Origin: Vicinamibacteraceae bacterium
Lineage (GTDB): Bacteria; Acidobacteriota; Thermoanaerobaculia; Multivoradales; Multivoraceae
Direction: 5' to 3'
DNA: 64,000 nt
Assembly: GCA_012270995.1 (NCBI GenBank)
Contig: JAAXHG010000062.1
Span: 25,881-89,880 of the forward strand
Below the pieces are notes generated by a model. The model saw only the letters and a list, made by a program, of their open reading frames with translations. It made no database searches and was not told the DNA's origin. A program made the position numbers and the translations under genes. Position 1 is the stretch's first letter. Each line of letters begins with the position of its first letter. Shown here one piece after another: positions 1 through 8,644 of the stretch.

Positions 1-1230
1 CGCCGCGTTGCCCCAGCGGTCGACCACGGAGTAGTGGGTCGTCTCCGTGCTCTCAGCAGGGGGCGCGACTTCGATCTGCGGCAGCGGCCGCGCCTCTTCG
101 GGATCGATCCGCGCCCGTAGCCCGTCTGCGTAGGCCTGGGACTCGAACTGCCCGCGCGGTACCTGGACGAAGTCGGGATCGCCGAGCAGGGTGTTCCGGT
201 CGCGGAAAGCGAGCCGCATGGCCTCAGCCTCCAGGTGGATCAGCTCGGCGCTGCCGAACGGGGGCAGGGGATCCCAGCCCTCGAGGATGTTGAGGATCAG
301 GCCCAGGGTCAGGCCGCCGGAGGAAACCGGCGGCATCGAGTAGATCGTGTGTCCGCGGTAGCGGATCTCGACCGGCTCTCGCCACACCGGCGCGTAGTCC
401 TCGAGGTCCTGGTGCGAGAGGAGCCCCCCGCCCCGCTCCATCTCGGCCACGATCAGGTCGGCGATCCGACCGCGATAGAAACCGTCCGGGCCCTGCTCCG
501 CGATCGCCTGAAGCGCGGCCGCAAGGTCCGGCTGTTCCAGCATCGCGCCCGGAGGCGGCGCCTCGCCGTCGACCAGAAACTGCATCGCACTGGCCGGGAA
601 CCGCTTGAGCCGCGGTGCCGCCGATTCGAGACTCCGGGATCGCGGCTCGTCGACTTCGTGGCCCCGGGCCAACTCCACAGCCGGCGCAACCAGGTCGCTC
701 CAGGGCAGGGTTCCATACGTCCGGTGCATCTCCCAAAGACCTGCCACCGAACCCGGGACGCCGGCCGCGAGGTGGCCGATCACCGCGCTCTCCGCGACCT
801 TGCCTTCATCATCCACAAACATGTCGCGGGTCGCGGCGCCGGGCGCCTTCTCGCGGTAGTCCAGGGCCCGCACTTCGCCGTCGCTGGATCGGTACACGAG
901 GAACCCGCCGCCGCCGATGTTGCCGGCCGCGGGCAGGACCGCTGCCAGCGCGAAGCCGACGGCTACCGCGGCGTCGATCGCGTTTCCGCCCTGCTCGAGG
1001 ACCGCGGCGCCGACATCCGAGGCGAGGCCATGGCCGCTGACGACCATGCCGTGCGTGCCATCAGCCGCTGGCGCCGTACCGCCGAGACGCCAGGACGACG
1101 GTCCCGAACCGGTTTCTGGTGCCTCCTCGGACCCCGCGCAGGAAAGTCCAAGCAGGACCGCGACGACCAGAGCGCCGGCAACCGGTCGGCGAACGAGCGG
1201 ACGCGAGGCAATGGTCGCGAGCCGGCTCAT
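1..1230 (-). CDS. ggt: Gamma-glutamyltranspeptidase (partial, C-terminus beyond window start); start codon at 1230..1228
   Basis: Reverse-strand translation begins MSRLATIASRPLV with a signal-like N-terminus. It carries GGT family motifs GHGLASDVGAAVLEQGGNAIDAAVA, GNIGGGGFLVY and the autoprocessing region TTHYSVVDRWGNA. Absent from the ORF track only because no stop lies in the window. Confidence 0.8.
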   Translation of the reverse strand, partial: MSRLATIASRPLVRRPVAGALVVAVLLGLSCAGSEEAPETGSGPSSWRLGGTAPAADGTHGMVVSGHGLASDVGAAVLEQGGNAIDAAVAVGFALAAVLPAAGNIGGGGFLVYRSSDGEVRALDYREKAPGAATRDMFVDDEGKVAESAVIGHLAAGVPGSVAGLWEMHRTYGTLPWSDLVAPAVELARGHEVDEPRSRSLESAAPRLKRFPASAMQFLVDGEAPPPGAMLEQPDLAAALQAIAEQGPDGFYRGRIADLIVAEMERGGGLLSHQDLEDYAPVWREPVEIRYRGHTIYSMPPVSSGGLTLGLILNILEGWDPLPPFGSAELIHLEAEAMRLAFRDRNTLLGDPDFVQVPRGQFESQAYADGLRARIDPEEARPLPQIEVAPPAESTETTHYSVVDRWGNAA

Positions 1231-1313
1231 CGCGGGGGCACGGTATCAAAGCGGCCGGATACGCTTGTTCCATCCTTGCCCGGAAACGGCTTCCCCAACA
1301 CCGGAGAAGAACC

Positions 1314-2423
1314 ATGCAGACGAAGCTCCCCGAGCTGACGATCGGCATCGAGGAGGAGTACCAGATCATCGACCCCGAAACACGGGAGTTGAAGCCCTTC
1401 ATCCAGGAGTTCCTTGAACAGGGCCAGATCGTGCTCCAGGAGCAGATCAAGGCGGAGCAGCTGCAGTGCCAGGTCGAGGTCGGCAGCGAGGTCTGCCGGT
1501 CGATCGACGAGGCCCGCCAGGAGCTCATCCGGCTTCGACGTTCCATTGCCCATCTGGCGTCGAGAAACGGCCTCCGCATCGCGGCCGCCAGCACCCATCC
1601 CTTCTCCTCCTGGCAGGAGCAGGACGTCACGGAAGCGCAGCGCTACATCACGATGCAGGAGACCTTCGGCGACGTGGCGCGGCGACTGCTGATCTTCGGC
1701 ATGCACGTCCACGTAGGCATTCCCGACCGCAACCTGCGGTTGGACATCATGGACCAGTCGCTCTACTTCCTTCCGCACCTGCTCGCCCTGTCGACCAGCT
1801 CGCCGTTCTGGCAGGGCCGCAACACGGGACTCAAGTCCTACCGCTCGGTCGTCTTCGAGAGCCTCCCCCGCTCCGGCCTGCCGCCGTCGCTTCGGTCCTA
1901 CGCCGAGTACGAGCGGCTGGTCGATGTTCTGGTCCAGACCAGGTGCATCGAGGAACCGACCCAAATCTGGTGGGATGTCCGGCCCCATCCAAAGTTCCCG
2001 ACGATCGAGTTTCGGGTCTGCGACGTCTGCACGAAGATCGACGAGGCGCTTTGCCTCACCGCGCTTCTGATGGCGATCGTGGCCAAGCTGATCCGTCTGC
2101 GCCACAACAACCAGGCTTGGCGGCGCTACCCCCGGCACCTGATCTACGAGAACAAGTGGCGGGCGATCCGCTACGGCATCGACGGCAAGCTGATCGACTT
2201 CGGCAAGGGCGAGGAGGTGCCGCTCCGGTTCCTGACCCTGGAACTACTCGAGTTCGTCGACGACGTGCTCGACGAACTCGGCGTCCGGAAGGAGGCGGAA
2301 TACGTCCACACGATCCTCGCCGAAGGCACGAGCGCCGACCGCCAGCTCAAGCGGGCCGCGACGGGCGACCTGAACGCCGTCGTCGACGGCCTGATCGAGG
2401 AGACCCGCGAGGGCTGCGAGTAG
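1314..2423 (+). CDS. Carboxylate-amine ligase, glutamate-cysteine ligase family 2 (YbdK-like)
   Basis: MQTKLPELTIGIEEEYQIIDPETREL...STHPFSSWQEQ...GMHVHVG matches GCS2 family N-terminal and catalytic motifs. AGGAGAAG RBS 5 nt upstream of ATG 1314. Divergent from ggt. Confidence 0.8.
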   Translation: MQTKLPELTIGIEEEYQIIDPETRELKPFIQEFLEQGQIVLQEQIKAEQLQCQVEVGSEVCRSIDEARQELIRLRRSIAHLASRNGLRIAAASTHPFSSWQEQDVTEAQRYITMQETFGDVARRLLIFGMHVHVGIPDRNLRLDIMDQSLYFLPHLLALSTSSPFWQGRNTGLKSYRSVVFESLPRSGLPPSLRSYAEYERLVDVLVQTRCIEEPTQIWWDVRPHPKFPTIEFRVCDVCTKIDEALCLTALLMAIVAKLIRLRHNNQAWRRYPRHLIYENKWRAIRYGIDGKLIDFGKGEEVPLRFLTLELLEFVDDVLDELGVRKEAEYVHTILAEGTSADRQLKRAATGDLNAVVDGLIEETREGCE

Positions 2424-2443
2424 CGAAGCGAGTCACCCGTCTG

Positions 2444-2613
2444 CGCCGGGGTCCGGAGGGGAGGGTCCCAGCGGCCGCTCGCGCTCCCTGAGTAGTGGGG
2501 AGGTTGGCGCTCGCTGCGGTCGGCTGCGCTCCGGTTGGGCGTCGGACGTTGAGATGTCGCTGGGCGTCGCTTGCCGACAGCCTCGCTGGGACCCTCCCCT
2601 CCGGACCCCGGCG
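2444..2613. repeat. MITE-like palindromic element, copy 1 (30-bp perfect terminal inverted repeats)
   Basis: cgccggggtccggaggggagggtcccagcg at 2444-2473 is the exact reverse complement of 2584-2613. The core GGGTCCCAGNGGCCGCTCGC...GCTCGCTGCGGTCGGCTGCGCTCCGGTT...GGCGTCGCTTGCCGACAGCC...CTGGGACCC recurs at 47849-48015. Confidence 0.65.
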
Positions 2614-2654
2614 CAGACTGGACGGCGTCGGACTGCGGCGCGTGGAGAACCAGC

Positions 2655-3785
2655 TCAGTCGTTGCGTGACGCGGGTGCTGCTCTGGGGCGGCCGGCGATG
2701 AGAACGACAGGCACGACGAGCAGGGCGACTACGAGGCCGGGTGCAACAAAGGGAGGAAGGACCCAGATGCGGTTGCCGCCGGCGGGGCTTTCGTAGGTCG
2801 GGACGAGGACCGCGCCCTCCTGCTGCAGGCGCTGGACCCTGTCGGCGGGGAAAGCGTGCCGCAGGCTGCCGTCGGGATTCCGAACTTCCTCCAGTACGGC
2901 CGGGTAGTAGCGGTTGAGGATTGCCTCTTCAGCAGCGGCGGTCGGCCAGTCTTCGGCGTCGAAGGCTTCGTTCCGGGCCTGGACGTGCCAGGTGGCCTCG
3001 TTGAGGAAGTGATCCTGGATCTGCCAGGGCTGGAAGGGCGGCAGCGGCGGCTGCTTCGCGGACCAGCGGGTACGGCGGCCTTCGTTCAGGTGCTCGAGCA
3101 GGCCGGCGGTGTAGTAGCTGCGGAAGCTGCCGAGTTCCGGGTCCTCGATGAGGCGGCCGAGGTTCGTGCGGTCGACGAGGAGGAACGAAGCGGCGACGAG
3201 CCAGAGCCACAGGACCGCGATCATCTTGCGTTCGCCTGAGGTGGGCGCCACGAAGTCGAACCCGAACAGGCCCGCCCCGAAGACGACCCCGCAGCCGCCG
3301 GCCGAAGCGTTCAGCAGGCAGTCGTAGAAGTCGCCGACGCGGGTCCAGACCAGCCACTGGACGAACTCGTCCGCGACTCCGACCAGGGAAGTCAGGACCG
3401 CCGCGGAGAACGCTGCTGCGATCGCCGATCGGCCGCCACGGAGGAAGGCCCGGTAGAGCAGCAGAGCGACGACACCGTAGAGAACCAGGTGCATCCGCTC
3501 GAGGGCGGATTCTTCGGGACGGCCGCGGGCGAGTGCTGTCGCCTGCACGGCCGCCCACAGCAGACCGAGCGCCATCGCGATCCAGTTCTTCCATCGCAGG
3601 CGTCTTGCCGAACGCACCACCCAGACCGCGAACGCCGCGGCGGCGACCCAGAACAGGATCGTCGGCACGATCACGAGGAGCGAACGGTCGATTTCCTCCT
3701 GAATCCACCGGGTGAGCCGACCCAGGAAGGGCGCCGAACCGACGATCCACAGGGCAATCAGGGCAGGTGCCGCAAACCGGCGCAT
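2655..3785 (-). CDS. VanZ-like family membrane protein with C-terminal extracytoplasmic extension
   Basis: Start taken at internal Met MRRFAAPALIALWIVG, the first hydrophobic segment. Multiple TM helices. VGVADEFVQWLVWTRVGDFYDCLLNASAGGCGVVFG resembles the VanZ DExxQ...R..D...N..G core. Confidence 0.5.
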   Translation of the reverse strand: MRRFAAPALIALWIVGSAPFLGRLTRWIQEEIDRSLLVIVPTILFWVAAAAFAVWVVRSARRLRWKNWIAMALGLLWAAVQATALARGRPEESALERMHLVLYGVVALLLYRAFLRGGRSAIAAAFSAAVLTSLVGVADEFVQWLVWTRVGDFYDCLLNASAGGCGVVFGAGLFGFDFVAPTSGERKMIAVLWLWLVAASFLLVDRTNLGRLIEDPELGSFRSYYTAGLLEHLNEGRRTRWSAKQPPLPPFQPWQIQDHFLNEATWHVQARNEAFDAEDWPTAAAEEAILNRYYPAVLEEVRNPDGSLRHAFPADRVQRLQQEGAVLVPTYESPAGGNRIWVLPPFVAPGLVVALLVVPVVLIAGRPRAAPASRND

Positions 3786-3831
3786 CGGTGGAAGGACGCT
3801 AGCAGTCCGACGTTGACCGGAGTGTAGGCTC

Positions 3832-4932
3832 TTGGCAGGAGGTAGCAGGGAGCACATGGCGGAGCCAGCGCGAATCGACACTCACGGCACGGAAACAACC
3901 CCGAATCGCCGAGCCGTCTCGGCCAACAGCGGCGGCAGCCTGAGGGAGGCGCTCGACGACTTTCTCGAGATCAGGGAGTTCGTCGCGACACAGGAAGACG
4001 GAGATCGCGCCCTCCGCGATCAACCGGCGATGGTGAGTCGTTTCTACGATGTCGTCACCAGGTTCTATGAGTACGGTTGGGGCCAGTCCTTCCACTTCGC
4101 TCCTCGTCGATCCGGCGAAGGACTCCACGCCGCGCAGCACCGTCTGCAGGCTGGGGTGGCCGACATCCTGGGGTTGGGGCCGGGCGCCAGGGTCGCCGAT
4201 TTCGGGTGCGGCGTCGGCGGACCGCTGATCAACATCGCGAAGACCACCGGCGCCAGGATCACGGGCCTGAATCTGAACGCGCACCAGATCGCGAGAGCCG
4301 AACGCGCAGTGCGCGGAGCGGGGCTTCAGGACACATGCGGCTTCCTGCTCGCCAACTTCATGGACGTGCCTCTCGACGACGGCCACTTCGACGCGGCCTA
4401 CTCGTACGAAGCGATCTGCCATGCACCCCACAAGGACCGCTGCTTCAGGGAGTTCTTTCGGCTGCTGAAGCCCGGCGGCCAGATCGCCCTGACCGAGTGG
4501 TGTCTGACCGAACGCTTCGAAGCGAGCGACCCCATCCATCGGGACATCCGCGACCGCGTCGAACTGACGAACGCGGTGCCCAACCTGCTTACGGCTTCTC
4601 AGTTGGTCGACGCGATGAAGGAGGCCGGCTTCAAGGTTCTCTCGGCGAAGGACAAAGCCGCCGAGAGCGACCCGGGTTGGCCCTGGTACCGGTCGCTCCA
4701 GGGCCGTGACCTCTCGCTCGCGTCGCTCGGACGGATTCCGGTCGGCCGATGGTTCACGGCCAGGGCGACCAGTCTGCTGGAACTGCTCCGCATCGCGCCC
4801 GCCGGCACCGGCGAAGCCGCCCGCATCCTCAACGTGGCGGCCGACTCCCTGGTCGAGGCCGGCGTGGCGGGGATCTTCACGCCGTCCTTCCTGATCCACG
4901 CGCGCAAACCGGGCAACCCGGTCTCTTCGTAG
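3832..4932 (+). CDS. Sterol 24-C-methyltransferase (ERG6/SMT1-like class I SAM methyltransferase)
   Basis: YEYGWGQSFHFAPR (SMT region I; ERG6 has YEYGWGSSFHF). SAM-binding VADFGCGVGGP. SYEAICHAP (ERG6 EATCHAP). LLKPGGQIALTEWCLTERFEASDPIHRDI and C-terminal FTPSFLIHARKP (ERG6 FTPMMLFVARKP). Colinear with ERG6 over the full ~360 aa. Alternative start at M9 (3856). Confidence 0.8.
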   Translation: MAGGSREHMAEPARIDTHGTETTPNRRAVSANSGGSLREALDDFLEIREFVATQEDGDRALRDQPAMVSRFYDVVTRFYEYGWGQSFHFAPRRSGEGLHAAQHRLQAGVADILGLGPGARVADFGCGVGGPLINIAKTTGARITGLNLNAHQIARAERAVRGAGLQDTCGFLLANFMDVPLDDGHFDAAYSYEAICHAPHKDRCFREFFRLLKPGGQIALTEWCLTERFEASDPIHRDIRDRVELTNAVPNLLTASQLVDAMKEAGFKVLSAKDKAAESDPGWPWYRSLQGRDLSLASLGRIPVGRWFTARATSLLELLRIAPAGTGEAARILNVAADSLVEAGVAGIFTPSFLIHARKPGNPVSS

Positions 4933-4948
4933 CGATTGGAGGTCCGTC

Positions 4949-6103
4949 ATGGCCTTCAGGACTCGCGGTTCAAGGCGCCGGGAACCGCCGACATCCGACG
5001 ACCTGCGTCTTGCCGGCTATCCCCATCCCTATCCGGACGGCTGGTACCGGCTGATGACGTCGAAGTCGCTCGGTCGCGGGCAGATCCGCTACCTCGAGTG
5101 CCTTGGCCGCGCACTGGTCGTGTGGCGGAGCAAAGACGGCGACGACGTGCACGCCATGCAGGCGTTCTGCCCCCACCTGGGTGCCAACCTCCGGCATGGC
5201 CGCGTTCGCAAGAACCGCATCGAATGCCCGTTCCACAACTGGCAGTTCACCGGCGACGGCCGGGCGGCCTGCGTGCCCTACAGCGACAGCGTGCCGTCCC
5301 GCGTCGCGGCCGACAGCTTCCCCGTCCAGGACGTGAACGGGCAGATCTTCCTCTATCACCGCGCCGACGCGGCCAGGCAGCGGGCCGGCGACGACGTCCC
5401 CTACCCGGTTCCCCGCATCCCGGAACTCGACGACGGGAGCTTCGCGTACCGCGGGCACCATGACGCCGGACGCGTTCGCATGCACATCGTCGAGTTCCTC
5501 GAGAACACGGCCGACTTCGCCCATTTCAAGTACATCCACAGCCAGATGACGGTGCCGTGGACGCAAATCCCCGTTCCCGGCGTCCAGCTCGAACACAGGC
5601 CGGGCTGGGAACTGGACGACGACCGGCCCTGGAGGCTGTACTTCCTCGACGAGACCGTGCTCAAGGTTCGCGGCCGCCGTCTCGAACGAACCCGGGCAAA
5701 CGCCAGGGTCACCTGCACCGGCCCGGCCAGCATCATCAACTTCAGGATCACGATCCCCGGCACCGGCGAGGTCGAGATCGTTCAGACCCACCTTCCGGTC
5801 GCGCCGCTCGAGCAGCAGGTCGACTTCCACTGGTTCGCCGACCGCCGGATGCCGCGCCTGCTCGTGTGGTATGTCGTCGGCAACTGGATCTCCCAGTGGC
5901 AGCACGACATCCAGATCTGGGAGAACAAGAGCTACACGACGCACCCGACGCTGTGCCGCGACGACGGGCCGGTCATCCGGCTGCGGCGCTGGTACCGGCA
6001 ATTTTTTGCGGACTGGCAACCGCCGGCCGCGCCGCGCGAGACGCCGCCGAAGGTCCCGCGTAAGCGGGCTGAACGCTCGCTCGTCGGCACGGCTTCGAAC
6101 TGA
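4949..6103 (+). CDS. Rieske [2Fe-2S] non-heme iron oxygenase, KshA/Neverland(DAF-36)-like; putative sterol-modifying oxygenase
   Basis: Rieske motif CPHLGANLRHGRV-x-IECPFHNWQF (CXH-x17-CXXH). N-terminal GWYRLMTSKSL. ~250 aa C-terminal catalytic domain. No dioxygenase beta subunit or ferredoxin adjacent. 17 nt downstream of the SMT on the same strand. Confidence 0.7.
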   Translation: MAFRTRGSRRREPPTSDDLRLAGYPHPYPDGWYRLMTSKSLGRGQIRYLECLGRALVVWRSKDGDDVHAMQAFCPHLGANLRHGRVRKNRIECPFHNWQFTGDGRAACVPYSDSVPSRVAADSFPVQDVNGQIFLYHRADAARQRAGDDVPYPVPRIPELDDGSFAYRGHHDAGRVRMHIVEFLENTADFAHFKYIHSQMTVPWTQIPVPGVQLEHRPGWELDDDRPWRLYFLDETVLKVRGRRLERTRANARVTCTGPASIINFRITIPGTGEVEIVQTHLPVAPLEQQVDFHWFADRRMPRLLVWYVVGNWISQWQHDIQIWENKSYTTHPTLCRDDGPVIRLRRWYRQFFADWQPPAAPRETPPKVPRKRAERSLVGTASN

Positions 6104-6136
6104 CCGACCCCGCTGCCCGCTGCTAGCCTTCCGGCG

Positions 6137-7255
6137 ATGGTCGGTTTCCGCCTGATCTGCATCCTGCTGGCCGGCCTGACCGTCCAGGCACCGGCGGCCG
6201 ATCCGGAGTCCAACCCGGTGATGCGCATCGAGCGCTGGATCGAGGGTGGCGCCCGGGTCGACTGGTCCCGCCAGGGTGAGTGGCTGGCCTACGACAAGGC
6301 CGGAGCGGATGGCCGCTACGACGTCTACGTGACCTCCACCGACCGGCTCGCCGAGCGCTGTCTCACATGCGACATGTACGCGCTACGCAAGGACAACGTC
6401 CTCAATCCGGTGTGGCACCCCGCCGGAGAGCGGCTGATCGTCCAGGTCCAGAGCCATCCCAAGCGGCTCAAGTTCATGGCAAACCCCCTGCAGCTCCTGA
6501 CCCCCGACCGCGCCCTGCACAGTGAGTTCTACGACATCGACCGCAAGGGCAAGGACTTCACGATGCTGACCCGCTTCGCCGCCAGCGGCACCGCGGCGCT
6601 CGACCCCCACTTCTCGTTCGACGGCGAGCGACTGCTGTGGAGCGAGCGGATCAAGGCGCGAAAGGGGCGCTACGGCGCCTGGCAGCTACGCAGCGCCCGG
6701 TTCCAGGTCAACCGCGTCGGCACCCCGCAGTTGAAGAAGATCAGGTCCCACTCCGCGCCGGCCGACGCGCTGATCGTGCCCCAGGGATACATGCCCGACG
6801 ACCGCGGCGCCCTCGTCGCGGCGAACCTGGAACCCGGCCAGTCGCCCGACACGCTCGACCTCTACCGGCTGCGCTTCGACGGCGGCGAGCCCGAGCGCCT
6901 CACCCACTCCCGGAACGGCGCCGACGAGTACGTCCGCCTGTCGCCCACCGGCCGGCACCTCGCCTTCACCTCGAGCGCCGGGATTCGCGGCACCGAGCCC
7001 GATCAGATGGTGCCTGCCTCTGCCCGGCGCGAGCTGTGGCTGATGGACGCGGACGGCTCGAACAAGCGCCGGCTCACGTTCTTCAACGACCCGACTTCCG
7101 AGCACAGCCTCGGCCACACCTACGTCGGCGACCTGGCCTGGAGCCCGGGCGGCGACCAGATCGCCGTCCACGTCCTCTGGGGCGGCAGCCGCAACGGCGA
7201 CCGCCCGCGGGAGGCGTTGTACCGTATCCATCTCGACCCCTCGTTCCGGCGCTGA
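6137..7255 (+). CDS. Secreted TolB-like/WD40-like beta-propeller repeat protein
   Basis: Signal peptide MVGFRLICILLAGLTVQAPAA. Repeated YDVYVT / LWLMDADGS / RLTFFND blocks typical of PD40/TolB propellers. Confidence 0.5.
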   Translation: MVGFRLICILLAGLTVQAPAADPESNPVMRIERWIEGGARVDWSRQGEWLAYDKAGADGRYDVYVTSTDRLAERCLTCDMYALRKDNVLNPVWHPAGERLIVQVQSHPKRLKFMANPLQLLTPDRALHSEFYDIDRKGKDFTMLTRFAASGTAALDPHFSFDGERLLWSERIKARKGRYGAWQLRSARFQVNRVGTPQLKKIRSHSAPADALIVPQGYMPDDRGALVAANLEPGQSPDTLDLYRLRFDGGEPERLTHSRNGADEYVRLSPTGRHLAFTSSAGIRGTEPDQMVPASARRELWLMDADGSNKRRLTFFNDPTSEHSLGHTYVGDLAWSPGGDQIAVHVLWGGSRNGDRPREALYRIHLDPSFRR

Positions 7256-7294
7256 CGCCGCCGCAACCGGTACTCACCCAACCGAGGAACCTGC

Positions 7295-8644
7295 ATGAGA
7301 ACACGACGCCGTCTGTTCACGGTCGCACTGTTGCTGGCCCTGGCTTTGCCGGCCCTTCCCGCCGCTGCCCAGGACGACCCCCACGTCTTCCGCAGCGCGC
7401 AACTGCTGCCGATCACAGGGGAGCCGATCGACGACGGCGTCCTCGTCGTCCAGGGCGGCAGGATCACGGAGGTCGGTGGACCCGACACGCGCACCCCCCG
7501 CGGCGCCGTCGAGCACGACGTCAGCGGCAAGGTGCTGATGCCCGGGCTCGTCGACACTCACTCCCACATCGGTTCGGTCTCCGGCGGCGACCGCTCGGCG
7601 CCGCTGCACCCGGACGTGCGGAACCTGGACTCGATCGACGTCGCCTCCGACAGCATCTGGCGGGCCCGATCCGGCGGCATCACGACAGTCAACATCATGT
7701 CGGGCTCCGGCCACCTGATGTCCGGCCAGACCGCCTACGTCAAGCTGCGCGACGGCGCCCGCACGATCGAGGACTGGCTCTACTGCGACGATCCCCTGAC
7801 CGGCATCTGCGGCGGCCTGAAGATGGCGAACGGCACGAACTCGATCGGCTCGCCGCCCTTCCCCGGCACCCGCGCGAAATCGGCGGCCCTGGTCCGCAAC
7901 CTCTACCACGAGGCCGTGGAGTACCGGGACAAGATGGCCGCCGCCGAGGCCGAAGAGAACGATGAGGACGGCGGCGCACCGGCGAAGCGCGACCTGCGGA
8001 TGGAGGCCCTGGTCGAGGTGCTCGACGGCAAGCGGATCGTCCAGCACCACACCCATCGCCACAACGACATCGCCACCGTCCTGCGGCTCAAGGAGGAATT
8101 CGGGTTCCGGGTCGTCGTCCAGCACGGCACGGAGTCCTGGAAGGTCGCCGAGGAACTGGCCGCCGCCGGCGTGCCGGTGTCGATCACCTGGATCGACGCA
8201 CCGGGCGGCAAGGAGGAGACGATCGACTGGAACATGGAGATGGGCGCGATCCTTGAACGCGCCGGTGTCGACGTCAGCTTCAACACGGACGACTCGGTGA
8301 CCGACTCGCGCCTCCTGTTCCGGGCGGCCGCGATCGCGGTCCGCTACGGCATGTCGCGCGAGAAGGCGATCGAGGGACTGACTCTCGCGCCGGCGCGGGC
8401 GCTCGGGCTCGAGGACCGGATCGGCTCGCTCGAGGCCGGCAAGGACGCCGACTTCGTCATCCTCTCCGGCGATCCGCTCAGCACCTATACGAAGGTCGAG
8501 CAGACCTGGGTCGAGGGGACGATGATCTACGACCGGGCCAACCCGGACCACCGAAAGTACGCCGTGGGCGGCTACAAGGTCTACCGCACGACCGCCCACG
8601 AAGACCACATGATCCGGCAGTTGCTCGAGGGAGAGTCACGATGA
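7295..8644 (+). CDS. Amidohydrolase family metal-dependent hydrolase (secreted)
   Basis: Signal peptide. LMPGLVDTHSHIG (HxH metal site). C-terminal GSLEAGKDADFVIL motif of the amidohydrolase superfamily. Confidence 0.7.
   Translation: MRTRRRLFTVALLLALALPALPAAAQDDPHVFRSAQLLPITGEPIDDGVLVVQGGRITEVGGPDTRTPRGAVEHDVSGKVLMPGLVDTHSHIGSVSGGDRSAPLHPDVRNLDSIDVASDSIWRARSGGITTVNIMSGSGHLMSGQTAYVKLRDGARTIEDWLYCDDPLTGICGGLKMANGTNSIGSPPFPGTRAKSAALVRNLYHEAVEYRDKMAAAEAEENDEDGGAPAKRDLRMEALVEVLDGKRIVQHHTHRHNDIATVLRLKEEFGFRVVVQHGTESWKVAEELAAAGVPVSITWIDAPGGKEETIDWNMEMGAILERAGVDVSFNTDDSVTDSRLLFRAAAIAVRYGMSREKAIEGLTLAPARALGLEDRIGSLEAGKDADFVILSGDPLSTYTKVEQTWVEGTMIYDRANPDHRKYAVGGYKVYRTTAHEDHMIRQLLEGESR

Noticed and set aside
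235-1338. 367-aa plus-strand ORF, and several other long ORFs antisense to real genes (e.g. 14186-16294 minus, 27493-29343 minus, 45827-48007 minus, 59725-60930 minus)
   Set aside because: The proteins are low-complexity and Arg/Pro/Gly/Ala-rich, typical shadow ORFs in 70% GC DNA. The opposite strand encodes proteins with clear family motifs (GGT, PQQ-DH, PSD1, SSS, metzincin).
4949-6103. Alternative reading of the Rieske protein as an aromatic ring-hydroxylating dioxygenase alpha subunit
   Set aside because: No beta subunit, ferredoxin or reductase gene is adjacent. The N-terminal region and the single-component layout resemble KshA/Neverland-type enzymes. Adjacency to an SMT favours a sterol substrate. 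Not fully excluded without phylogeny.
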